Below, in pieces: positions 9,144 through 17,084 of a DNA stretch of 64,000 nt (position 1 is its first letter; each line of letters begins with the position of its first letter). A program made the translations under genes and the position numbers. This stretch comes from a virus (lineage: Duplodnaviria > Caudoviricetes). The stretch spans positions 13,910-77,909 of the IMG/VR virus record IMGVR_UViG_3300033420_000004. One strand, given 5' to 3'. The notes beneath the pieces were generated by a model that saw only the letters and a program-made list of their open reading frames with translations, searched no databases and was not told the origin of the DNA.

Positions 9144-9651
9144 TTTTTACATTTTTTAGTCGTTGAATATCCGCTCTATAATTTAAAATTGCATGTTTCA
9201 AAGGAAAAATTCTCATGGTACCCAACCTTGCGACCTGATAAATTTCGCGGTCTGTTAATTTCCTGAAATTATTTACAGGTTTAGGCGGGCATTTCTTAAT
9301 TATTCTTGCATGCTTTCCATATGGTAATTGTTTTACAACAATAAGACCTGCATTTTCAGGAACAAGTGCTTCACATTTTTCCTGCAAATAATCAGGTATG
9401 GCATAGTAAAAGCCTTTAATCAGCATACTGTTCCTCTTGTGCTTTCTTTTCTTAAAGTCAGCCAAAAAATCTGATTTAGATACTTTTATTTCCACCTCAA
9501 TGGCAAACCCTGCTTTGTTAACTATCAACAGGTCGGCTTCATGATTAAGCAATCCCCAGGAAATGTTTGGCACGATTAAATGTGTTCTTATGTTGAACAA
9601 TTTAGCCACCGCGCACTCTACATCTATGCACCGCATTTTTTCCTGTGCCAT
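9109..9651 (-). CDS. MmcB-like PD-(D/E)XK nuclease-fold protein
   Basis: HEADLLIV...IEVEIKVSKSDFLAD, FYYAIP and GLIVV pattern. Confidence 0.65.
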   Translation of the reverse strand: MAQEKMRCIDVECAVAKLFNIRTHLIVPNISWGLLNHEADLLIVNKAGFAIEVEIKVSKSDFLADFKKRKHKRNSMLIKGFYYAIPDYLQEKCEALVPENAGLIVVKQLPYGKHARIIKKCPPKPVNNFRKLTDREIYQVARLGTMRIFPLKHAILNYRADIQRLKNVKNEQNNKHKETA

Positions 9652-10511
9652 TATTTCATGTGTCCGCTTTGTCTCAAAAGTCCAGTTATTTTTCTCACCA
9701 AAATCTGAGCGGCACGAACACCGTTGTTTCCCTTTGGTACAACAACTCTCCTGCGGGCTATTTCCTTATAGATTTCCACAAGGGTTGCATTTGGGTTGGC
9801 ACATAACACTTCTAAAGCCACACCATGAGCGGAAAGACCTCTGTGACCTCTAGATTTTTTATCACCCTCTTTAAACTCGGGAGCCTCAACAAGAACCTTT
9901 GCCATAACTCTAGCAAGATCAGGGTCATTTGCCTCGTGTGCGTATTTACTCGGTCTGCCTTTTTTAGCTGTACCTTTTTCCTTAACAACCTTTACTTTTT
10001 TTGGCTTAGGTATTTTTTCAAGTCTGACATCAACCGTTTTTTTGATTGTTTTGCTCTTCTTTTTATCAGGGTTTTTGGTAGACTTGGTCTGCAAGGTCTT
10101 TGTCTCTGGCTCCCTTATTGCTTTGTCGTAAAGGTCTTCAACATCATCCTCTTCGGGCATTAACTCTTCAATGGTACCGAGAACCTCTTCATCTTTCAGA
10201 ACGGTCTCAACATCCTCTTCGATATCCTCTTCAAAGCTCACGTCTTCCAATAAAACAGAGACTATCTTTGGTACGGTCCATGTCCCACCAATATACCTGT
10301 TTACTTTAACAATCGCCAACTTTAATTCATGAGGAATTTGGTCCTCTGGAAAAAGCATTGCTTGGGCTTCCTGTATTTTTTCAATCAAATCGTCGTCAGG
10401 AAGGGTGATATCAATACTTGGTTTCAACCCCATCAAAGTAGAAAGTTCTGTTGCGACGTATTCGCAATCCTCTCTCTTTGTTCTTTTTTTCTGCACTTCT
10501 TTCTTTGCCAT
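9651..10511 (-). CDS. hypothetical protein with acidic centre and basic C-terminal half
   Basis: 286-aa ORF, first gene after the promoter-like motif at 10531-10565. Confidence 0.75.
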   Translation of the reverse strand: MAKKEVQKKRTKREDCEYVATELSTLMGLKPSIDITLPDDDLIEKIQEAQAMLFPEDQIPHELKLAIVKVNRYIGGTWTVPKIVSVLLEDVSFEEDIEEDVETVLKDEEVLGTIEELMPEEDDVEDLYDKAIREPETKTLQTKSTKNPDKKKSKTIKKTVDVRLEKIPKPKKVKVVKEKGTAKKGRPSKYAHEANDPDLARVMAKVLVEAPEFKEGDKKSRGHRGLSAHGVALEVLCANPNATLVEIYKEIARRRVVVPKGNNGVRAAQILVRKITGLLRQSGHMK

Positions 10512-10530
10512 AGTTTTAAATTTACTTTAT

Positions 10531-10565
10531 ATATTATACTTAAAAAATTATCCCTGTGTTCAAAT
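10531..10565 (-). promoter_or_regulatory. phage-specific promoter-like motif, copy 2
   Basis: Same ATTTGAACACAGGGA and GTATAATAT blocks, with the same 19-nt TTGAAC-to-TATAAT spacing, as 4601-4636. Confidence 0.6.
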
Positions 10566-10580
10566 TGTCGTTATTTATTT

Positions 10581-12125
10581 TTACATGTAACTTGTCAGAA
10601 ATGGTTTTCCAACTTTTAAATTTTGCAGTACATGAACCACATTTGACGTTAATCCGTCACCCTCCCTGATGACGAGCTCATTTAATCGCATTAAACCTAT
10701 CTTTTTCTCTCTTCCGTGCGGGTCCTGGTTTATGCCGTACATCGCTGTGACATGGGCGTACTTACGTTTGTCTTCACTGAAATTGCTCTGTTTTAACGTC
10801 ACTGCATCATATGATTTTGCATCTGCCTGAGTAACTGTTACAACCAACCAAGGTTTTATTTGAGATAATCCACGTAAAGCCTTCCATTTTTCGTTCTCTT
10901 GGTGCCTGAATTCTGTCTTAACGTCAGAAATAAGAATATCAGCATAATCAATGATAATGAGGTCTGGAACGAAACCGTCTTCCTTTTCCCAATCCTTCAA
11001 AATGTTCTTGATATTATTAACGGATAAAGTGCCATTTGCATGTGTGCTTATCCTAAACTCCCTTTTGAATTTCATGAAGAATTTTTTAACGGCAAGAACA
11101 GCAGATTTAGCTGTCAAAACTTCTGTTATATCCTCCCGCTTCATCCAAACACTTCCCCACTTTTCAGTCTTGTATTTTGCACAATTGTGACAGGGTTTGT
11201 AATCAGGATATGTTTTAATTGCCTCAAGAATCATGTCCTTGTCAATTTTATTCCTGAGTTCTTCGGCTTGCATTCCTGCTTCAGAAAACGGACCGAAAGA
11301 ACATTCACGGTCCTCATGGTCACAGGTGTCGAGTTGGTTGTGAACACAATCTTTCACTGCTTCCCATGATTCTCCAAGGTATTTCTCGTCAGAGGGTTTC
11401 TTGGTCAGGTAAGTTGCAATACGTTTCAACTGTTGTGATTCTGTCATGTCTCCTGCTTGGAAAAAAGCCACCTTTTTGTGCTGTCTTGCAGCAGTGATAG
11501 CCATTTCCAACAGCCACCAGGTCTTTCCTCTCTTCTCTGATGCCAAGAACGCGATAAAGCCTCCCGCAATCAATTGCGAATTTAAAAATTCACCCAAAGC
11601 TCCGGGAAAATGAAATAAAGGCAGGAAAGCCTCATTTAAGGCATTTTTTACCTTTATCAGGGCATCTACCTTGCTCAGGTCAATATAATTGATTTTTGAC
11701 CCCTCCCAAGGTCTGTAGGAAGAAATTTTAGCCTGTGCTTCCTCCACCTCTCCCGCTTCCAATAATTCTGCAACTTCATCGTTGTGAATTTTTAAACTGC
11801 GTTCTTGGAAGTATGCTTTTGTGTCACGGATAAGCAGTTCCACGTTGATTCCCTCGCTGATGTAGCGTTCATTCAGGTCAGGAAGAATGTCTTCTTCGAT
11901 CTCCTGAGCCATGGACTCATCCAACCCGTCTTTCAAGGCTTTGAAGTACAGTTGCTGAATAACCATCTTGGGAGCTTCCTGAAATTCGTTGTAGTAGGAA
12001 ACACACCAACCGATTACCAACTTTGCCATTTTTGATTCGATGTACTTTGGGTTGTACATCGGCACCATTTCCTTTGCAAACTCAGTGCTTGCAATGAAAC
12101 CTAGAATTATTTGGGATTGAATCAT
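10581..12125 (-). CDS. replicative SF4 (DnaB-like) DNA helicase
   Basis: Walker A-like LASEKRGKT, LIIIDYADIL, VTVTQAD, SEDKRK; adjacent to loader and initiator. Confidence 0.85.
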   Translation of the reverse strand: MIQSQIILGFIASTEFAKEMVPMYNPKYIESKMAKLVIGWCVSYYNEFQEAPKMVIQQLYFKALKDGLDESMAQEIEEDILPDLNERYISEGINVELLIRDTKAYFQERSLKIHNDEVAELLEAGEVEEAQAKISSYRPWEGSKINYIDLSKVDALIKVKNALNEAFLPLFHFPGALGEFLNSQLIAGGFIAFLASEKRGKTWWLLEMAITAARQHKKVAFFQAGDMTESQQLKRIATYLTKKPSDEKYLGESWEAVKDCVHNQLDTCDHEDRECSFGPFSEAGMQAEELRNKIDKDMILEAIKTYPDYKPCHNCAKYKTEKWGSVWMKREDITEVLTAKSAVLAVKKFFMKFKREFRISTHANGTLSVNNIKNILKDWEKEDGFVPDLIIIDYADILISDVKTEFRHQENEKWKALRGLSQIKPWLVVTVTQADAKSYDAVTLKQSNFSEDKRKYAHVTAMYGINQDPHGREKKIGLMRLNELVIREGDGLTSNVVHVLQNLKVGKPFLTSYM

Positions 12126-12700
12126 TTTGTGCTGTTGTAAGGTTCTTTGTTAATCAGGACGCACATTTGCGAGATTCTAGAAACAATTCTAACATCACCA
12201 AACTGTTTTCCAAGTTCATTAATTTCGTAATTTGACGTTATCACTGTCAATTTTTCGTTCTCGTATCTGTTGTTTATGATGCCGTACAGCACTTGCAGAA
12301 CGTATGTGGTAGGATTTACAGTACCCAAATCATCAATCACAAGCATGTGTGCTTGGCTGTATTTTTCAATTATTGCACGCTCTGTTACATCAGAGTTTAC
12401 GTGGTCGAACGAGCTTTTTATATTGGAAAACATTTCAAATGAAGAAATGAAAATAGTAGTTGAAATTTTTCCATAGTAATTTTCCGGGTGCAGGTACATC
12501 CTTCTGCGCTCTTCCAACATCATTTGCGCGGACAGTATGGTTTTTCCATGCTGTGTGTTGCCGTAAATGAACGAACTTTGGAGAGTTTCTTCGAACTTTG
12601 GTGACGGAAATTCCATCAAAATTTTCTGAATCCTTGGTGGAAACAACACCTGAATTAGCTGTCCCCTGATCATTTTATCCCATGTTTGTTGGTTTCTCAT
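12122..12700 (-). CDS. DnaC/IstB-like AAA+ helicase loader
   Basis: YGNTQHGKT, LVIDDLG, IINNRYEN, VITSNY and RIVSRI motifs. Confidence 0.82.
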   Translation of the reverse strand: MRNQQTWDKMIRGQLIQVLFPPRIQKILMEFPSPKFEETLQSSFIYGNTQHGKTILSAQMMLEERRRMYLHPENYYGKISTTIFISSFEMFSNIKSSFDHVNSDVTERAIIEKYSQAHMLVIDDLGTVNPTTYVLQVLYGIINNRYENEKLTVITSNYEINELGKQFGDVRIVSRISQMCVLINKEPYNSTK

Positions 12701-12706
12701 AGCTTT

Positions 12707-13492
12707 TTACATTTTTATCACTGGTTTGTCAATCAAAAATCCTTCCTCCACATACCCGTTGTTGTTCTTTTTGGAAACTCCTTTTCGGTTGGTGTATGAA
12801 CCCTCCAAAATTTTATTGAAGTTGGACGGGTTAAAAATCCAATCTAGGTTGGCACACCATCCACGATCATTTTCTCCACACAGGAAATTACTTTCGCTTG
12901 CTTTTTGGAGAACTTCTAAAACGGTTTCAAAACTATAATCATGAATTCTGGCGTTAATATGTTTGATTCTAATGGGTGTAAGTTTTGTTGCTTTTGGAAG
13001 TCTAGATTTATTATAGACGTTAAAAATTTTTTCAATTCTTCTTTTTTGGGAAATCGTTTCTTCTTTCTTTTCATTCTTTTCATTCTTTTCATTCTTGTTT
13101 GTGTCCGTTTGGTATACCGTTTGCTGTCCGTTTGCTATATCGTTTGCGTTATCGTTTGCTGTATCACCTCCTTGATAATTTGAGTAGTTAACTATTGATA
13201 CTATGGAAGTTAGGTTCGATTTCTGCCATACTATTTGCCCTTCCGTTTCAAGTGTCAAAAACCATCTACGAACCTTACCATTTGACCAACGCCATCTTTT
13301 GCCCAAAGTACCTACATCGTAGCCTATTTCTCCCTTGTTTATTTCGACTAAAATTCCACGTTTATAGAAACTTTTTTTGGTATGATTTGCCAACATAAGA
13401 AGATCAACCCAAGCCATATTTCGGCAAAAAGGTTCAGAAAAATATTGGGGGTTATCCATTAATTTTCGATGTAATTTTATCCATCCTTCCAT
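12707..13492 (-). CDS. phage replication initiator (replisome organiser)
   Basis: N-terminal GWIKLHRK winged-helix pattern, central repeat linker, C-terminal WCANLDWIFNPSNFNKILEGSY; immediately upstream of the DnaC-like gene. Confidence 0.78.
   Translation of the reverse strand: MEGWIKLHRKLMDNPQYFSEPFCRNMAWVDLLMLANHTKKSFYKRGILVEINKGEIGYDVGTLGKRWRWSNGKVRRWFLTLETEGQIVWQKSNLTSIVSIVNYSNYQGGDTANDNANDIANGQQTVYQTDTNKNEKNEKNEKKEETISQKRRIEKIFNVYNKSRLPKATKLTPIRIKHINARIHDYSFETVLEVLQKASESNFLCGENDRGWCANLDWIFNPSNFNKILEGSYTNRKGVSKKNNNGYVEEGFLIDKPVIKM
13068..13160. repeat. iteron-like array inside the initiator gene (putative origin)
   Basis: TTTTCATTC x3 (13068-13094) next to five YCGTTTG at 13105, 13117, 13128, 13140 and 13152 (11-12 bp period). 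Confidence 0.6.
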
Positions 13493-13614
13493 TATTTATA
13501 CCTCCAAAAAAGAACCCCCACGAAATAAAAAAGCACGTAGGAGAAGCGACTCAACCTTTCGTGCAATTTTACCCGTAGGGGCAATATTCTAATAATAGTT
13601 AGTTTAACTTTCAT
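13492..13614 (-). CDS. 40-aa leader ORF coupled to the initiator, within a structured leader
   Basis: Manual translation MKVKLTIIRILPLRV...LFWRYK*; stop overlaps the initiator ATG (TAATG); TACATTTA box at 13635-13642 upstream. Confidence 0.4.
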   Translation of the reverse strand: MKVKLTIIRILPLRVKLHERLSRFSYVLFYFVGVLFWRYK

Positions 13615-13646
13615 ATGTCGCTTTTTGAAGGATGTAAATGTACAAT

Positions 13647-14579
13647 TTATTTTTTGATAATTCCAAAATTAGAATCAAGTATTTGTTTAACTAAATAGTC
13701 AGCCTCTGCCTGGCTCATGCTTCCTGGGTCTCCTTCGATATTTATCCTGAAAGCATCGACATTCCTGTTAACCAATTCACCGACCAACTCGTCCGCCTTT
13801 TTCCTAGCCTGAACCTCACCACCATCAAACACAACCGCCACTCTTTTAAATGCTTTGGCGATAACTCTTACTTGCTCATACTTGTATTCAATACCAAAGG
13901 TGGCAGATGATGCGGGACCAAACCTCCAAACATCAGTAATTCCCTCCACAATAATTCCTGTAGAATGCCAAAGTTCCTGATTTGCGTACAGGATATGCTT
14001 GTGGTGAATTATTTCCCTGATTTTTGGGCATGCAAGGTATTTCAGTTTATGTTTTTTGGTTATGTCACGAGCTTGAAAGGTTACGATCTTTCCGTTCCAA
14101 TGCACAGGTGCTAAAATTCTGTGTTTATAATCGGTCCCATCTAGCAGGCTTATTACATCTGTGGCTTTGAGTCCCCACAACTTTGTAAGTTTTTCAGGGT
14201 CGTAATTTCGTTCCCTGAGGTATTTGTTGTGTCTTTCCGTCAAATTGATAATTCCGGATGGAAACTTGAATTCCTTTTTTGATGCCTCGGGATCCGTTTC
14301 TTTCTTCCTTGTGTGACGTATCGACCCACCATAGTTCAGAATAATATCCTTTGCCTGATCTTCAGAAACAGCAAGAACTTTCGAAATGGTTGATGGAATA
14401 CTCGACCAACCATGTTTCCAACAGTAATAGTAGTTGGAGTCCATGTTGTATCCCATGTGAAAGTCGTTGGTTCCTTTACAGAACGGACAGTGTATCTGTA
14501 CCCAGCCAGGTCGACAGTGTTTGTTGCCGTCCGTGGCGAAGGGTATAGAATAGTCACGATATAGTTCAAGGATTTTCAT
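13647..14579 (-). CDS. DNA primase (Zn finger plus TOPRIM)
   Basis: HCPFC...CWKHG zinc finger, FQARDI, IVEGITDVW, VVFDGG and DPG TOPRIM motifs. Confidence 0.85.
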   Translation of the reverse strand: MKILELYRDYSIPFATDGNKHCRPGWVQIHCPFCKGTNDFHMGYNMDSNYYYCWKHGWSSIPSTISKVLAVSEDQAKDIILNYGGSIRHTRKKETDPEASKKEFKFPSGIINLTERHNKYLRERNYDPEKLTKLWGLKATDVISLLDGTDYKHRILAPVHWNGKIVTFQARDITKKHKLKYLACPKIREIIHHKHILYANQELWHSTGIIVEGITDVWRFGPASSATFGIEYKYEQVRVIAKAFKRVAVVFDGGEVQARKKADELVGELVNRNVDAFRINIEGDPGSMSQAEADYLVKQILDSNFGIIKK

Positions 14580-14791
14580 TTCGATTCCATAAAAGGTATT
14601 TTCCTGTCAGGATGATGTATTTGATTATACTCCATTGCAGAAAGTATTTTATTAATTACTATTTGTTCACTTCTGTTAGCGGATTCAGCAACCTTTCTAC
14701 CAATTTTTTTATTAATAATGGCATGAGTTAATTGAATAGAGTATTCAATACTTTCATTAATGTTTGTAGGAATTTTTTGTAGTTTTTTCAT
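14576..14791 (-). CDS. hypothetical protein
   Basis: 71-aa ORF with 4-nt overlaps on both sides. Confidence 0.6.
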   Translation of the reverse strand: MKKLQKIPTNINESIEYSIQLTHAIINKKIGRKVAESANRSEQIVINKILSAMEYNQIHHPDRKIPFMESK

Positions 14792-15378
14792 ACTTTTAAT
14801 TTTTTAAGTTCTCGATTTTGTTTTACATTTTCACGCTTCCATATAATTAAAGATTCTGGAATATCTTGCCTATTAATATTAGGGTGGTATCTGATCAATA
14901 AACTTTTGATATAGGTGGGGTTTAATTCTTGCATATTTTTCCTCCTCCATTCTGTGGCAGCCTCTTTAATTCTTTCTTTATGGTTGTTTAAATATTTTTT
15001 TGAATAGGCTGCACGCTGTTCTTTATTCTTAACATAATCAGTATGATGAATTTTTTTAATAATTTCTGGATTATTTTTACGGTACATCACATGATATTCT
15101 TTCATTTTTTCTTTATTATCCTCTCTCCATTTTTTATCTTTCACTTTGATTTTTTCTTTATTATTTTCTCTCCATTTTTTACCAAGAGCTTTGATTTTTT
15201 CAGGATTATTTTTACGGTATTCAGCGTCCCATTTACTACATTTTTCTTTGTTATTCGCATACCATTTTTTAGCTTGTTCTCTTTTGCAGAAATTACATAC
15301 ATGAATGTATTTTCTATAAGTTCTAAACTCAGTCAACTTCCTTTCCTCGCCACACTTACGGCATATTTTAGTTTCCAT
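14788..15378 (-). CDS. zinc-ribbon protein with W/Y-R-x-x-N-x-E-K helical repeats (HNH-associated-like, no HNH domain)
   Basis: CRKC...CNFC followed by repeated KWREDNKEK-like units. Confidence 0.7.
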   Translation of the reverse strand: METKICRKCGEERKLTEFRTYRKYIHVCNFCKREQAKKWYANNKEKCSKWDAEYRKNNPEKIKALGKKWRENNKEKIKVKDKKWREDNKEKMKEYHVMYRKNNPEIIKKIHHTDYVKNKEQRAAYSKKYLNNHKERIKEAATEWRRKNMQELNPTYIKSLLIRYHPNINRQDIPESLIIWKRENVKQNRELKKLKV

Positions 15379-15495
15379 TCGAATAGGTTTTAATGTTAAT
15401 TTTTGATACTATTTTTCTTTTTTTGATATCAGGCACCTTGTCGCAGGACTCCATGATCCTTCGACAGGTTTCCTCTGCTGTGTAGAAAGGTATTA

Positions 15496-15747
15496 CTAAC
15501 TGCATAGCTCATATTCTAGCAGAAACAGGAATTCATTCCATCCCTTAGGATTTTCAATAATATTGAATTTTGAGTCAGGGAGTTCGAACCATACACAATT
15601 CATCAGTATCCTAGCTTTGTCAATTTCACCACGGGAAACATGAAATTCTATATCCGACAACATAAATTTTCCAAAGTGTTCTATGATGAACCAACTAAAT
15701 GTTTCTTTGGTTTCATTAAACTGTTTAATCCATTCTTGTACGGTCAT
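15496..15747 (-). CDS. hypothetical protein
   Basis: 83-aa ORF with an A-rich leader. Confidence 0.6.
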   Translation of the reverse strand: MTVQEWIKQFNETKETFSWFIIEHFGKFMLSDIEFHVSRGEIDKARILMNCVWFELPDSKFNIIENPKGWNEFLFLLEYELCS

Positions 15748-15874
15748 TTTCTTTATTTATTATAGTGAATAAATCGCTGGCACATTTTTTTGATTTCTGA
15801 TTCTAGAAATCCCATGCCATCCTTGTTTACACGTTGAAAATTATTTCGTATAATTTTTTCAATTTCTGCTAGTG

Positions 15875-16180
15875 TCATGATTCTCGAGTTATAAAGTTAG
15901 TGAATTTTTTCCTAGCATTTTTGATGTTAATAGCTATACAATAGTACAGCTTAGGGTCGTAGTTAACTCGGCTCCTAGTGTCAGGGTTTCCGTTTGTATC
16001 CACTGTCATTTGTTTAACCATTTTCACTTTCTTGATTTCTCCTGTTTCAGAGTTCCAAGACCACAGCGGTAAATTATGGATGTTCTTGATGGATTCAATT
16101 AGCTTGTATTCCTGCTTTACAGGTGTTACAATTTCTAATTGATCTTTTGTTTCGGGGTTGAAAAAGTTTTCTTTTGCCAT
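15875..16180 (-). CDS. hypothetical protein
   Basis: 101-aa ORF in the operon. Confidence 0.65.
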   Translation of the reverse strand: MAKENFFNPETKDQLEIVTPVKQEYKLIESIKNIHNLPLWSWNSETGEIKKVKMVKQMTVDTNGNPDTRSRVNYDPKLYYCIAINIKNARKKFTNFITRES

Positions 16181-16184
16181 TTTC

Positions 16185-16691
16185 TTATTGTTGGGTGTGA
16201 ATAATTAATGATCCGTACTCAGCTTCTTTGATAATTGCTGTAAGTTTTATGAATGCAGAGTTAATTTTTTTCTGTGACCACCCGTTTTTGTGCAGTTCTT
16301 TTCTGATCATGCCTCTAGCAGGACGGGGAGAGATATTAAAAAAGTCTACAGGGGATCCCAGAACAACAGAAATGATTTCCTTCATGTCAGATGAAAAGCT
16401 ATGTTCTTCAAATTCCGGGATGCTGTTTTGTAATTTCGAAAACTGTCTAGGCCCTAGGTCTGCTATTTCTATCGTATGAATCTCAGTTTTTTCTTTCCGC
16501 ACGAATGATACGAGCCTGTTTCTTACAAAACTGTAAGCATAGGTGGTAAATTCGGCACCTCGGGTTGCATCATATGTCATTTCGGCTTCTAAATAAGCCA
16601 AACAGGCTTCTGAATACAATTCATCAAAGGAAATACCTGTGGTTTTGTTCAGGCTCCAAGCAATTTTTCTAATTAGGTTCTGATTTTTCAT
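16185..16691 (-). CDS. sigma70-family (region 2) RNA polymerase sigma-factor-like protein
   Basis: ELYSEACLAYLEAEMTYDATRGAEFTTYAYSFVRNRL matches the sigma region 2.2-2.3 pattern (YD.xRG.xF.TYA). Confidence 0.7.
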   Translation of the reverse strand: MKNQNLIRKIAWSLNKTTGISFDELYSEACLAYLEAEMTYDATRGAEFTTYAYSFVRNRLVSFVRKEKTEIHTIEIADLGPRQFSKLQNSIPEFEEHSFSSDMKEIISVVLGSPVDFFNISPRPARGMIRKELHKNGWSQKKINSAFIKLTAIIKEAEYGSLIIHTQQ

Positions 16692-16702
16692 AAAGATTGT
16701 TG

Positions 16703-17047
16703 TTATATAATTTCTCCAAAAAGGCTTTGTATGTATTCCAAGGACTCAGCATCATCATTTTCGATTCTTTCCCAAAATGTGATTGCTTTGTCAAGGCTTC
16801 CCTTGCTGTGTGGTTGTACTTCCTGTCTGCAGGGAATAATGTTTCCCCAATAATCGTATGTACGACATTCTGCGAGCATACAAATTCCATTTTCTAAACA
16901 GTTCATGGCAAATCTTCCTGAAGAACCTTCTCTTTTCCAAATTTGGCCTGAGTTAATACTTTCCTGAAGTTTGTCTACACCGTAGATTTTTTGCAGTTCT
17001 GAAATTCTCTCCAAAGAGATTCCATTAGTGTGAGTTGCGTTTCCCAT
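16703..17047 (-). CDS. hypothetical protein
   Basis: 114-aa ORF with an A-rich leader. Confidence 0.7.
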   Translation of the reverse strand: MGNATHTNGISLERISELQKIYGVDKLQESINSGQIWKREGSSGRFAMNCLENGICMLAECRTYDYWGNIIPCRQEVQPHSKGSLDKAITFWERIENDDAESLEYIQSLFGEII

Positions 17048-17084
17048 TTTTTTAGGTTTTAATGAGGGTTTACAATTTACAAAA

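Noticed and set aside
14788-15378. HNH homing endonuclease
   Set aside because: It has the zinc ribbon and helical repeats often attached to HNH domains, but no H-N-H catalytic motif.
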